DNA of 62,991 nt from Bacteroidales bacterium (lineage in GTDB: Bacteria; Bacteroidota; Bacteroidia; Bacteroidales; FEN-979). Below the pieces are notes generated by a model, which saw nothing but the letters and a program-made list of their open reading frames with translations, ran no database searches and was not told the DNA's origin. The stretch lies in NCBI GenBank assembly GCA_038212325.1, contig JBBQUQ010000005.1:1-62991 (forward strand), read 5' to 3'. Shown piece after piece: positions 1-8,893 of the stretch. The position numbers were made by a program, and so were the translations under genes. Numbering within the stretch: the stretch's first letter is position 1; each line of letters begins with the position of its first letter.

Positions 1-1
1 G

Positions 2-331
2 ATCCTGCTTTCGGTAAGCGCGCTCACCACGGCAGGAGCCCGGCTCGTTGATGTGAGGGAAAAGGCGAAAAACACACCCATGCCCCGTTCCGTATCTTTT
101 TTTGAAGACATTCTGAAAGATGACCTGGGCTACAGCGTTCACCGCGCACAGATGTTCATGTGGACGGCGATCATGGGAATTATTTTTGTGGCCAGCGTTA
201 TCCGGTTTCAGCAGATCCCGCAACTCGATGAGAGCCTGCTTGGGCTGATGGGAATCAGTTCGGGTGCCTATGTCGGATTGAAGACCATGGAGAATAAGCC
301 CAAGACGGAACCTGAAAATGTGACTATGTAA
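2..331 (+). CDS. hypothetical membrane protein, C-terminal part (5' end lies outside the window)
   Basis: The frame is open from the window edge, with no stop between nt 2 and the GTG at 53 used by the ORF track. Two hydrophobic helices are present (WTAIMGIIFVASVI and LLGLMGISSGAYVGL). TAA stop at 329-331. Confidence 0.4.
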   Translation: MLLSVSALTTAGARLVDVREKAKNTPMPRSVSFFEDILKDDLGYSVHRAQMFMWTAIMGIIFVASVIRFQQIPQLDESLLGLMGISSGAYVGLKTMENKPKTEPENVTM

Positions 332-2227
332 CTAAATTACCTCCATCACACTGCGTAAAATCCCCTCCGTGTCGAACCCGCATTCGTGGTGAAGCTCTGC
401 CACCGATCCCTGTTCGACAAACCGGTCGGGAATACCCAGGCGCACCACCGTTGCCGAATAGCCATGGTCGGCCATGAATTCGAGCACGGCAGAGCCCATG
501 CCGCCCATAACCGAACCATCTTCGACGGTGATGACCTTGTTGAATTTTGTGAAAACCCGGTGCAGTAACTCCGTATCGAGAGGTTTGAGATAACGCAGGT
601 CGTAATGGGCCACTGAATGCCCTTTTTTCTCAAGTTCAGCGCATGCTTCAACGGCATAATTGCCTACGTGGCCCAGGGTGATGATGGCCGCATCTTTTCC
701 GTCGCGGATCATCCTTCCCTTGCCCGGAACAACAGCCACCATGGGCGTTTTCCACTTCGGCATCACCCCGCGGCCTTTCGGGTAGCGGATCGCAAAGGGG
801 CCCATGTCGTTCAATTGTGCCGTAAACATCATATTGCGCAACTCCTCTTCATTCATCGGAGAGGCCACGATCAAATTGGGAATGCACCTCAGGTAGGCCA
901 GGTCGTAGGCGCCGTGATGGGTGGCCCCGTCTTCGCCTACCAACCCGCCCCGGTCGAGGCAGAGCACAACATTCAGCTTCTGCAGGGCGACATCGTGTAT
1001 CACCTGGTCGTATCCGCGTTGCATGAAAGTGGAATATATATTGCAGAAGGGAACAAAGCCCGAAGCGGCCATGCCGGCGCTGAAGGTCACCGCATGCTGT
1101 TCGGCAATTCCCACATCGAACGTGCGGTCGGGCATTTTGGCCATCATCAGGTTGAGCGAACACCCCGATACCATGGCGGGCGTGATCCCCACAATTTTAG
1201 GGTTCGCCTCTGCCAGCTCAAGGATGGTGCGCCCGAAAACCGTCTGGTATTTCGGGGCAAGCCCCTGGCAATGATCTTCCCTGATGGTGCCTGTATTCTT
1301 GTCGAACAGGCCTGGCGCATGGTACACGGTTTGGTCCTTCTCAGCCTTTTCGAACCCTTTGCCCTTTACCGTGTGCACATGCAGGAGTTTCGGGCCTTTG
1401 ATGTCGTTCATGTCTTTGAGCAACTTCACCATGCGGATCACATCATTTCCATCCACCGGGCCGAAATACCTGAAATTAAAGGCTTCGAAAAGATTGCCGC
1501 TCTTGAGAAGGGTCGTCTTCACGGCGTTGCCCAACTGCTTGACAATGGCACGGGAGTTTTTACCATATTTGGTGCCCCCGCCCATGGCAAGCCAAACCTT
1601 ATCGCGAAATTTGTTATAAGTTCTGGAGGTGACGATGTCGGCCAGGTAATCCTTGATGGCGCCAACATTTTTATCGATGGCTATCTGGTTGTCATTGAGG
1701 ATCACCATGAGGTTTGCATTCGAAACCCCGGCATTGTTGAGCGCCTCCATAGCCATTCCTCCGGTCATGGCACCATCGCCTATCACAGCCACATGATGCC
1801 GGTTGGTTTGACCGCTTAGCTTTGCGGCAACAGCCATTCCAAGTGCGGCTGACACAGAGGTGGACGAATGGCCCACGCCGAAGGCATCATATTCGCTTTC
1901 CGCCATCTTGGGAAAGCCGCTGATCCCCTTATAGGTGCGGATGGTGGCAAAGCGGTCTTTCCTGCCGGTCAGAATTTTATGTGCATAGGCCTGGTGGCCA
2001 ACGTCCCAGATTATCTTGTCGGAAGGGGTGTCGTAAACATATTGCAGGGCTACAGCAAGTTCCACAGCGCCAAGGCTGGCGCCAAGGTGTCCAGGATTCA
2101 CGGCCATTACCTCGATGATGAACTGCCTGATCTCTCCACAAAGCCCGGGAAGCTCATCCAGCTTCAGTTTTTTAAGATCCTGCGGAAGGTTAATTTTGTT
2201 TAACAAGAGTAACGTAAGCGGAGTCAT
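332..2227 (-). CDS. dxs: 1-deoxy-D-xylulose-5-phosphate synthase
   Basis: 631 aa. The N-terminus (INLPQDLKKL..ELP.LC.EIR) and the GHLGASLG, GDGAMTGGMA and transketolase-like C-terminal motifs are typical of Dxs. It ends in TAG. Confidence 0.95.
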   Translation of the reverse strand: MTPLTLLLLNKINLPQDLKKLKLDELPGLCGEIRQFIIEVMAVNPGHLGASLGAVELAVALQYVYDTPSDKIIWDVGHQAYAHKILTGRKDRFATIRTYKGISGFPKMAESEYDAFGVGHSSTSVSAALGMAVAAKLSGQTNRHHVAVIGDGAMTGGMAMEALNNAGVSNANLMVILNDNQIAIDKNVGAIKDYLADIVTSRTYNKFRDKVWLAMGGGTKYGKNSRAIVKQLGNAVKTTLLKSGNLFEAFNFRYFGPVDGNDVIRMVKLLKDMNDIKGPKLLHVHTVKGKGFEKAEKDQTVYHAPGLFDKNTGTIREDHCQGLAPKYQTVFGRTILELAEANPKIVGITPAMVSGCSLNLMMAKMPDRTFDVGIAEQHAVTFSAGMAASGFVPFCNIYSTFMQRGYDQVIHDVALQKLNVVLCLDRGGLVGEDGATHHGAYDLAYLRCIPNLIVASPMNEEELRNMMFTAQLNDMGPFAIRYPKGRGVMPKWKTPMVAVVPGKGRMIRDGKDAAIITLGHVGNYAVEACAELEKKGHSVAHYDLRYLKPLDTELLHRVFTKFNKVITVEDGSVMGGMGSAVLEFMADHGYSATVVRLGIPDRFVEQGSVAELHHECGFDTEGILRSVMEVI

Positions 2228-2238
2228 CGTCCATGATA

Positions 2239-2586
2239 TTATAGTAAGCCCAGATCAAGGAGGGCAGCTTCTGATAGCATATCCTTATCCCAGGGCGGTT
2301 CAAAAGTCAACTCAACCTTCACAGCCCCCACACCTTCAACCAGCTGAACTGCCTCCTGCACTTGCATGGGCATGTCTTCAGCCACCGGGCAGTTGGGTGA
2401 GGTGAGGGTCATCAGGATGTCGACATCGCTGGTTTGCTCATTGATCTTCAGTTGATAGATCAATCCAAGGTCATAGATGTTCACCGGGATTTCCGGATCA
2501 AAGACCGAACGGAGGGCTGCGATGACTTTTGCCTCAAACGGGGTATGGTGAATGTGATTGGTGGATTCCACGGGATTTTTTTGCAA
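2239..2586 (-). CDS. SUF-associated Fe-S assembly protein, DUF59/SufT-like
   Basis: The motif DPEIPVNIYDLGLIY...MTLTSPNCPVAE...PPW is diagnostic of DUF59. The listed start is a TTG that overlaps a -7 promoter box, so the true start may be the GTG at 2571. Confidence 0.8.
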   Translation of the reverse strand: MQKNPVESTNHIHHTPFEAKVIAALRSVFDPEIPVNIYDLGLIYQLKINEQTSDVDILMTLTSPNCPVAEDMPMQVQEAVQLVEGVGAVKVELTFEPPWDKDMLSEAALLDLGLL

Positions 2587-2591
2587 AGATA
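2584..2591 (-). promoter_or_regulatory. candidate Bacteroidota -7 promoter box TATCTTTG for the sufT-like/dxs unit
   Basis: Exact match to TAnnTTTG on the minus strand, immediately upstream of the CDS. Confidence 0.4.
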
Positions 2592-2603
2592 CGGTTATTC
2601 TGA

Positions 2604-2624
2604 ATTTGCGATTTGCGATTTCTG
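2604..2624. repeat. tandem heptamer ATTTGCG x2 plus a degenerate copy ATTTCTG
   Basis: Read directly. It lies in the 38-nt spacer between the stop at 2625 and the sufT-like start. Confidence 0.8.
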
Positions 2625-3077
2625 CTATTTATCAAGTACGATCGGGCTCGACACATCACAAACCACCGGGCAGGGACTCAGCTGCCGGGAGTCGGTGCTG
2701 AATATGGTGTTCTTTATGGCATCTTTGCCGGTATTGTCGACCCCCACCACAATGCCAATCCTTTTGGCAGAAGCATCTTTTCCCATATAAATCCGAAAGC
2801 CCGCCAGGTCGGCATTTTCTTTGGAAATGGCATTCATGGCATCCAGTTGGGCCTTATCGAGGGTAAACCCCTTGATGACGGCGTTCATGGGAACGGCATC
2901 AGCCATATAACTTACGAAACAGGTATGCGCCTCCGCGGCGGAGACCGGGGTGTTTTTGCCCGCAGCCGGCGGTGATGACGGCGCACCGGTAAAGGAATAC
3001 ATCCCAATGATTGAAATTCCGGAAAACAGGCCGGTTAAAAAGATCACCGAAGCAACGAAATAATTCTTTGTTTTCAT
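2625..3077 (-). CDS. hypothetical exported or membrane-anchored protein
   Basis: 150 aa ORF with an N-terminal hydrophobic anchor (YFVASVIFLTGLFSGISIIG). A -7 box lies upstream. No family recognised. Confidence 0.55.
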   Translation of the reverse strand: MKTKNYFVASVIFLTGLFSGISIIGMYSFTGAPSSPPAAGKNTPVSAAEAHTCFVSYMADAVPMNAVIKGFTLDKAQLDAMNAISKENADLAGFRIYMGKDASAKRIGIVVGVDNTGKDAIKNTIFSTDSRQLSPCPVVCDVSSPIVLDK

Positions 3078-3112
3078 GGTTTCATTATTTAGAATGATAT
3101 TAAATTAATCAG

Positions 3113-3120
3113 TAATTTTG
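3113..3120 (+). promoter_or_regulatory. candidate -7 box TAATTTTG for the TPR gene at 3172
   Basis: TAnnTTTG match 52 nt upstream of the ATG. Confidence 0.45.
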
Positions 3121-3122
3121 CT

Positions 3123-3130
3123 CAAAGATA
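3123..3130 (-). promoter_or_regulatory. candidate -7 box TATCTTTG for the divergent gene 2625-3077
   Basis: TAnnTTTG match on the minus strand, 46 nt upstream of the ATG at 3077. It sits back-to-back with the plus-strand box, 2 nt apart. Confidence 0.45.
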
Positions 3131-3171
3131 AATGTTTATAATTATTCAGCCTATTTATTTTTATTCCTGTT

Positions 3172-5079
3172 ATGGTGCATGATCATCCTGATAACAGCAT
3201 CTGTCTGAAGCCCTGCAAGAACAGCATTGCCCCGGGGATTCTATTCCTGCTGCTTCTGGTTTCCCCCTTATGCGGATTGCGCTGTGAACCCGGTCTGTTG
3301 AAACAGCCTGCAAAGTTATGGAAGGAATACAGTGCTGCAGGCAATGACAGCCTGAGGATCGAACGGCTTTCAAGCATTGCATACTATTACCATGACTACC
3401 TGGGCAACAACAGCCTGGCCGACAGCGTCAGTGACCTGGCCGTTCAGATCGCTGAAAACAGCCACCGGCCGGAGATGCTCCTCCTCGCTTACAACAGGTA
3501 CCTCGAGTCAAACGATCTGCATACGCATTACCCGAAAGCATTGGACTACGCCTTGAAAGCTGAACAAATCGCCGGAACAGCCAATAACCCGAAGGCTGCA
3601 TTCCGTAACTATAAAAACATTGCCTCGGTATACCTGGAAGGATATGATTTCGACATGGCGCTCTCTTACAGTTACAAGTTACTGTCCATCGCCGGCACCT
3701 CCGAAAACAACAGCATGAAAGCAGAGAGTTACCTGTGCATCGGACAAAGCCTGGAGGGAAAAAATCAAAAAATCGAAGCCTTCAGGAATTATCTCAACGC
3801 GCTGAGCCTGGCCGACCGCATCAAGGACAGAACGCTGCAGGGCGAATGTTATGCACGCTTATCCGGATTTTACAACCTCAGCAAGCTCTACAGCAAGGCG
3901 ACCCGTTACAAGCTGCTGGAGCGGGAGCTCGCCAGGAGCAGCAAGCCGTTTGATTCCGTTGCACTGATGTGGATAGAGTACGATTTGCAGGTGATCGACC
4001 TCAATTCGAACAACAACGAGATGTATGAAAGCAACATGCACCATATTCTCAGCTTTGCTGTGCGCAACAAAGCCGGCCGCCTGTTGAATTATGAAATCGC
4101 ACTGATGCGCACACACTATATCGAAGCCGATAAGATCGGGTTGCTTCATGATCTTTATTACAAACGGTTTCCGGGTGAACTTGCCAGGCTGGCCACCGTA
4201 AATCCCGGCCTCTATTTCAGACTCAAGGCGTACTTTTGCGAAGAGGGGAACAGGCCCGATTCAGCCTTGTATTATTTCAACAAGGCAGAAACGATCCTGC
4301 AAGGCGATCCCAATATAATCCTCCGGTCGAACTTTTACAACCGTTTCGGACAATTCCTGGCCCGCCAGGGACAGAAGGAGAAATCCATTGAAAAATTTTT
4401 AAAGTCGCTCGAACTGGCCACGTCGGCTTCGTACATTGAATACATGCTTGGCGCATCGCGGCAACTTGAAGATATTTATGCAGAAAAGGGTGACTATAAA
4501 AATGCCTACAGGTACTCGGAGGAGAACAAAGTGCTGAACGACAGTGTCAATAGCATGTCGAAAAAAGACCAGTTGCTGATCATTGAAATAGACCATGAAA
4601 CCCGGCAGAGAGAGCTGGCCGCCGAACAGGAAAAACAACTGACCAGCCGGAGGCACTACCTGCAATATACCGCAATAACCATAGGAATCCTGACAGTATT
4701 CATCATCCTGATCATGCTTGGCAGCTTTAAGGTTCATGAATGGATCATCCGCACACTTGGGTTCTTCTCCTTCATTTTCCTGTTCGAGTTCATTATTTTG
4801 CTTGCAGATCAGCAAATCCATGAGCTTACGCACGGAGAGCCCTGGAAAGTGCTGCTGATCAAAATATTTCTGATCGCCATCCTCCTCCCGCTCCATCACG
4901 GAATCGAAAAGCGCGTAATTGCCTATTTGCTAAGCCATAAGCTGCTGGACATTTCGAGGTTTTCGGTGGTGAAATTGGTTAAGGAACAACTGAACAGGCA
5001 TTCAGGCAGACAAGCGGACAAGCCTGCGCCTGGCCGCCCTTTTAAATTAACCTCAACTCCTAAAAACAAACAACCATGA
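3172..5079 (+). CDS. TPR-repeat protein with coiled-coil and C-terminal transmembrane segments
   Basis: 635 aa. TPR-like repeats span about aa 60-450, followed by a coiled coil and three hydrophobic helices. The stop overlaps the next ATG as ATGA. Confidence 0.7.
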   Translation: MVHDHPDNSICLKPCKNSIAPGILFLLLLVSPLCGLRCEPGLLKQPAKLWKEYSAAGNDSLRIERLSSIAYYYHDYLGNNSLADSVSDLAVQIAENSHRPEMLLLAYNRYLESNDLHTHYPKALDYALKAEQIAGTANNPKAAFRNYKNIASVYLEGYDFDMALSYSYKLLSIAGTSENNSMKAESYLCIGQSLEGKNQKIEAFRNYLNALSLADRIKDRTLQGECYARLSGFYNLSKLYSKATRYKLLERELARSSKPFDSVALMWIEYDLQVIDLNSNNNEMYESNMHHILSFAVRNKAGRLLNYEIALMRTHYIEADKIGLLHDLYYKRFPGELARLATVNPGLYFRLKAYFCEEGNRPDSALYYFNKAETILQGDPNIILRSNFYNRFGQFLARQGQKEKSIEKFLKSLELATSASYIEYMLGASRQLEDIYAEKGDYKNAYRYSEENKVLNDSVNSMSKKDQLLIIEIDHETRQRELAAEQEKQLTSRRHYLQYTAITIGILTVFIILIMLGSFKVHEWIIRTLGFFSFIFLFEFIILLADQQIHELTHGEPWKVLLIKIFLIAILLPLHHGIEKRVIAYLLSHKLLDISRFSVVKLVKEQLNRHSGRQADKPAPGRPFKLTSTPKNKQP

Positions 5080-5720
5080 AACCAAAAATCGGAATTATAG
5101 GCTCAGGCGTTGTTGCCCAGGTGCTGGGCAGCGGGTTCCTGAAATATGGATATGATGTAATGCTGGGCACCCGAGATGCCACAAAGCTTACGGCGTGGCA
5201 GAAGCAGGGCGGAGGCAAAGTGGGAAGTTTCAGCGATGCTGCCGCATTTGGCGAAATAATTATACTCGCTGTCAAGGGAACCATGGCCAACTCGGTCCTG
5301 CAGATGTCAGGAAAATCAAATCTTAACGGGAAAATCTTGATCGATACCACAAACCCCATCGCCGACGCGGCGCCAGTAAATGGGGTGCTGCAATATTACA
5401 CCAGCCTCGGCGATTCACAGATGGAACGGCTGCAATCGGCCTTTCCGGACGCGAGGTTTGTCAAAGCCTTCAACAGCGTGGGGAACCATTTCATGATCGA
5501 CCCCGATTTTGACGGGGTCAAGCCAACCATGTTCATCTGCGGCAATGACCCCGAAGCACGGAAAGAGGTAACGGCAATCCTTGACCTGTTTGGCTGGGAA
5601 ACAGAAGATATGGGCGCCGCAGAGGCTGCGCGGGCCATCGAACCACTCTGCATCTTATGGTGTATCCCCGGGTTTACCAGGAATGAATGGGGGCATGCGT
5701 TTAAGATGCTGAAGAAGTAA
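5076..5720 (+). CDS. NAD(P)-binding oxidoreductase, NADPH-dependent F420 reductase/ProC-like fold
   Basis: Rossmann motif IGIIGSGVVAQVLG at the N-terminus. 214 aa, typical of the COG2085-like family. Confidence 0.75.
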   Translation: MKPKIGIIGSGVVAQVLGSGFLKYGYDVMLGTRDATKLTAWQKQGGGKVGSFSDAAAFGEIIILAVKGTMANSVLQMSGKSNLNGKILIDTTNPIADAAPVNGVLQYYTSLGDSQMERLQSAFPDARFVKAFNSVGNHFMIDPDFDGVKPTMFICGNDPEARKEVTAILDLFGWETEDMGAAEAARAIEPLCILWCIPGFTRNEWGHAFKMLKK

Positions 5721-5752
5721 AACAATTATTATCCACCTTAAAACAACCAACT

Positions 5753-6643
5753 ATGAAAACATACGTCGTAACCGGGGCAACAGGGCATACCGGAAAACCA
5801 ATAGCGATGGGCCTGCTTGAAAAAGGTCACCATGTACGGATCATCAGCCGCAGCGCGGAAAAGGCAAAGGAGTTAACCGACAAAGGGGCAGAATTGTTCC
5901 TGGGCGACACCAGCGACCTCGAACTGTTAAAGAAGGCCTTTGCCGGCGCCGATGCGGTATATGCCATGATCCCGTTCGATGCGGCGGCGCCCGACTATAC
6001 TGTTTCACAGGTACAGCACGCAACTGCTATTGCAGATGGGTTCAAAGCCGCCGGCGTGAAATATGCTGTATTGCTGAGCAGCGTGGGCGCACACCTTCCC
6101 GAAGGGACCGGCGTGGTGCAGGGCCTGCAGAAAACGGAAGCCATTTTCAACACGATCGGCGAACTGAATGCCATGTACCTGAGAGCGGGTTACTTCATGG
6201 AAAATACTCTCATGCAGGTCGGAGCAATTAAGTTCATGGGGGCCATGGGTTCACCCGTGCTTGCTGACCTGAAAATTCCGATGGTTGCGACCCGGGATAT
6301 CGCTTCAGTCGCCCTGCGCTACCTGCTCGATCTCTCCTTTACCGGGAAGAGTGTCGACTATGTGCTCGGACAGCGCGATGTATCATACCGGGAGATCGCC
6401 TCAATATACGGCCATGCCATCGGCAAGCCCGACCTGCAGTATTTCGCGGCAAGCTATGACGAGGGAAAACAGGCAATGCTCCAAATGGGAATGGGAGAAA
6501 GCGTTGTGAACAAACTGCTTGAGTTCATTAAAGCGATGAATGAAGGCCGTGCCCTGGGCGATGCAAAGCGCACACCTACAAATACAACCACCACGAGCAT
6601 CGAGGAGTTTTCGCAGGTGTTTAAGGCGGTTTACGAGATGTAA
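5753..6643 (+). CDS. NmrA-family NAD(P)H-binding protein
   Basis: VTGATGHTGKPI Rossmann motif. About 296 aa with NmrA/SDR-atypical architecture. Confidence 0.8.
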   Translation: MKTYVVTGATGHTGKPIAMGLLEKGHHVRIISRSAEKAKELTDKGAELFLGDTSDLELLKKAFAGADAVYAMIPFDAAAPDYTVSQVQHATAIADGFKAAGVKYAVLLSSVGAHLPEGTGVVQGLQKTEAIFNTIGELNAMYLRAGYFMENTLMQVGAIKFMGAMGSPVLADLKIPMVATRDIASVALRYLLDLSFTGKSVDYVLGQRDVSYREIASIYGHAIGKPDLQYFAASYDEGKQAMLQMGMGESVVNKLLEFIKAMNEGRALGDAKRTPTNTTTTSIEEFSQVFKAVYEM

Positions 6644-6658
6644 GCCGACAGACCCGGG

Positions 6659-7078
6659 TCACCCCTTTAATTTAAACACCGTAGCGTACAGTTTCATCTG
6701 CCTGACCATGGAGGTAAGGCCATTGCTGCGGGTAGGCGAAAGGTGCTCCTGGAGGCCGATTTCGTCGATGAACCCTAGTTTTGCCTGGATGATGGCATCG
6801 GGCGTTTGATCTGACAGCACCCTGATCAACAGGCTGACAATCCCTTTGGTGATGATCGCATCGCTGTCGCCGGTGAAGATGACCATTCCTTCCTTTAACG
6901 TTGCATGAAGCCATACCTTCGACTGGCAACCAGTGATGAGGTACTGGTCTGTTTTATATTGTTCGTCGATGACCGGCAAGGTTTTTCCCAGTTCAATCAG
7001 GTAATTGTATTTATCGAGCCAGTCGTCGAACATGGCGAACTCGCTGATTATCCGGGATTCGGTTTCGGGAATGGTCAT
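6659..7078 (-). CDS. sufE: cysteine desulfuration protein SufE
   Basis: The motifs FDDW..KY.YLIELG and the conserved GCQSKVW cysteine loop are present. The ORF-track N-terminal extension (to 7222) was trimmed to the ATG at 7076-7078. Confidence 0.85.
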   Translation of the reverse strand: MTIPETESRIISEFAMFDDWLDKYNYLIELGKTLPVIDEQYKTDQYLITGCQSKVWLHATLKEGMVIFTGDSDAIITKGIVSLLIRVLSDQTPDAIIQAKLGFIDEIGLQEHLSPTRSNGLTSMVRQMKLYATVFKLKG

Positions 7079-7177
7079 GGGGTGCTGTAGTTTTGGGCAA
7101 AGGTAAGGAAAATGGTGAACGGGCAAACAGGCGGCCCACCGCAGGATCTGCTTGGGTCGGTGGAGAAGATAATTGGG

Positions 7178-7211
7178 AAAAATGCAAATTGAAAATTGCA
7201 AAATGCAAATT
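7178..7211. repeat. AAAATGCAAATT repeated twice around a related spacer
   Basis: Read directly: AAAAATGCAAATT GAAAATTGC AAAATGCAAATT. Confidence 0.7.
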
Positions 7212-7262
7212 ACAAAACACATAAAATTCTAAACCCCCATACAATTTCAATATCCAACATCC

Positions 7263-7470
7263 ATGAAAAAAACACTGACAATCAACCTGGGCGGCATCGT
7301 TTTCCATATTGACGAAGACGCATACCTCTCGCTGAGCCAATATCTTGAAATCCTGTAGAAGCACTTTGGCATGGAGGAAGGATGGGAGGATATCCTGAAT
7401 GACATTGAATCGCGCATCGCGGAGATCCTGAACGAAAAGCGGTCGGAAACAAAACAGGTGATCACCATGG
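7263..7470 (+). pseudogene. relic of a PspC-domain-protein N-terminus with an in-frame TAG, truncated at the 3' side
   Basis: MKKTLTINLGGIVFHIDEDAYLSLSQYLEIL-TAG-KHFGMEEGWEDILNDIESRIAEILNEK..QVITM matches the stereotyped N-terminus of Bacteroidota PspC-domain proteins. The TAG at 7356-7358 is in frame. Similarity is lost after about 7470, and the frame then runs into sufS. Confidence 0.6.
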
Positions 7471-7533
7471 CAGAGACGCGCGGAAAATCACGGCTGGAGG
7501 CGCATCAGCACCTCACCGGGATCCCTCCATCGT

Positions 7534-8754
7534 TCACGAAAGCATTTCCTTTGCTTTTTGTATGGCCGAAACCATCTGATCAATCTCCTCAAAAGTGTTG
7601 TAAAACGCAAACGAGGCACGCACCGTTCCCGGTATTTTAAGAAAATCCATCAGCGGCATGGCGCAATGGTGACCGGTGCGAAGGGCAATGCCCATTTTGT
7701 CGATGATCATCCCGGCATCATAGGGATGAACCTCGCCGATGAGAAATGAGATCAGGCTTGCTTTATGTGGGGAAGTTCCAAAGTATTTAATTCCGCTCAC
7801 TTCCGACAATTTTTCGGTGGCATATTTCAGCAGGCACTCCTCATACGCTGCAATGTTCTCCATCCCTAGTTCCCGCAGATAGGCAACCGCCGCTCTGAGA
7901 CCGGCTACCCCCTCAACATTGGGCGTTCCCGCTTCAAATTTGAATGGCAGCTCGTTATAGGTTGTATGATCGAGATAAACATCCTTAATCATCTCTCCGC
8001 CAAGCTGGTATGGAGGCATTTCATCAAGATACTGCTCTTTGCCATACAGCACCCCTGTGCCCATGGGGGCATACATTTTATGCCCCGAGAAGCAATAAAA
8101 GTCGCAATCGAGATCCTGCACATCCACAGGCAGGTGCGAAACTCCCTGGGCTCCGTCGAGCAGTACCGGTATGCCGCGACGGTGCGCCAGCGCAATGATC
8201 TCCTTCACCGGGTTGATGGTTCCAAGCACATTCGAAACATGGGTAATCGCGATCATGCGGGTCTTCGGGCTTAACAGGCCCTGCAACTCGTCGAGGTTCA
8301 GTTCGCCCAGTTCATTGATCCCCAGCACACGCAGGTTGGCCCCGCGTTCCAGGCACATCTGCTGCCAAGGCACAAAGTTGGAATGGTGTTCCATGATGCT
8401 GGTGATCACCTCGTCGCCCGCATGAACATAGCGTTTTCCAAAGGAAGAAGCCACCAGGTTCAACGACTCTGTTGCCCCTTTTGTAAAGATGATCTCATGG
8501 GTGCTTTTCGCGTTGATGAACTCCCTGATCTCTTTCCGCGCCTCTTCGTATGCCTCGGTGGCTTTCACGCTCAGGTAATGCACCCCGCGGTGAATGTTGC
8601 AGTTGTCGTGCTCATAGTATTGCCTGATGGCATCAATGACCTGCCGAGGTTTCTGGGTCGAAGCAGCATTGTCGAAATATACCAGGGGCCGTTTGTAAAT
8701 CTGCTGGTGCAGGATCGGGAAGTCAGCCCGTATCTTGTCGATGTTAAACATCAT
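7534..8754 (-). CDS. sufS: cysteine desulfurase SufS
   Basis: 406 aa. Contains FSGHKMYAPMGTGVLYG (PLP lysine), the RTGHHCA active-site cysteine loop and the start FPIL...VYFDNAA. Confidence 0.95.
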   Translation of the reverse strand: MMFNIDKIRADFPILHQQIYKRPLVYFDNAASTQKPRQVIDAIRQYYEHDNCNIHRGVHYLSVKATEAYEEARKEIREFINAKSTHEIIFTKGATESLNLVASSFGKRYVHAGDEVITSIMEHHSNFVPWQQMCLERGANLRVLGINELGELNLDELQGLLSPKTRMIAITHVSNVLGTINPVKEIIALAHRRGIPVLLDGAQGVSHLPVDVQDLDCDFYCFSGHKMYAPMGTGVLYGKEQYLDEMPPYQLGGEMIKDVYLDHTTYNELPFKFEAGTPNVEGVAGLRAAVAYLRELGMENIAAYEECLLKYATEKLSEVSGIKYFGTSPHKASLISFLIGEVHPYDAGMIIDKMGIALRTGHHCAMPLMDFLKIPGTVRASFAFYNTFEEIDQMVSAIQKAKEMLS

Positions 8755-8771
8755 GATTTTGGTTTAAATCA

Positions 8772-8779
8772 CAAAAGTA
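8772..8779 (-). promoter_or_regulatory. candidate -7 box TACTTTTG for sufS, inside a duplicated ACAAAAGT octamer
   Basis: TAnnTTTG match 18 nt upstream of the sufS ATG. ACAAAAGT is duplicated at 8771-8786. Confidence 0.45.
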
Positions 8780-8893
8780 CAAAAGTTACTGCTGACAGAA
8801 CTGAAAACCCCGCAGGAATAAATAAAGGCACGACTTCGGCGGCAATGAATATTTTCGTAGTTTTATCGGCAAATTCAACGCATAAAAACTGCC

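Noticed and set aside
617-1819. 400-aa ORF on the plus strand inside dxs. Similar long antisense ORFs occur at 13576-14292, 43681-44481, 56097-57068, 60504-61253 and 8383-8985.
   Set aside because: Each lies wholly antisense to a gene with strong family motifs. Their translations are low-complexity (rich in R, G, H and P) with no recognisable motifs. These are typical shadow ORFs.
5735-5745. TTATCCACC, a near DnaA box
   Set aside because: It is a single imperfect copy with no cluster, no AT-rich unwinding element and no dnaA/dnaN context. This is not an origin.
6659-7222. N-terminally extended ORF-track models for sufE (187 aa), sufB (to 17291), the GRE (to 57119), the activase (to 54588), GT39 (to 48756) and others
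   Set aside because: The extensions are Cys- or Phe-rich or repeat-derived. They lack homology to the families and cross promoter boxes or repeats. Internal ATGs reproduce the canonical N-termini.
7356-7358. In-frame TAG in the PspC-like frame as possible stop-codon reassignment or recoding
   Set aside because: TAG terminates well-conserved genes in the same window (dxs at 332-334 and GH38 at 41555-41557). The PspC-like frame also loses all homology about 110 nt later. A pseudogene is the simpler explanation.
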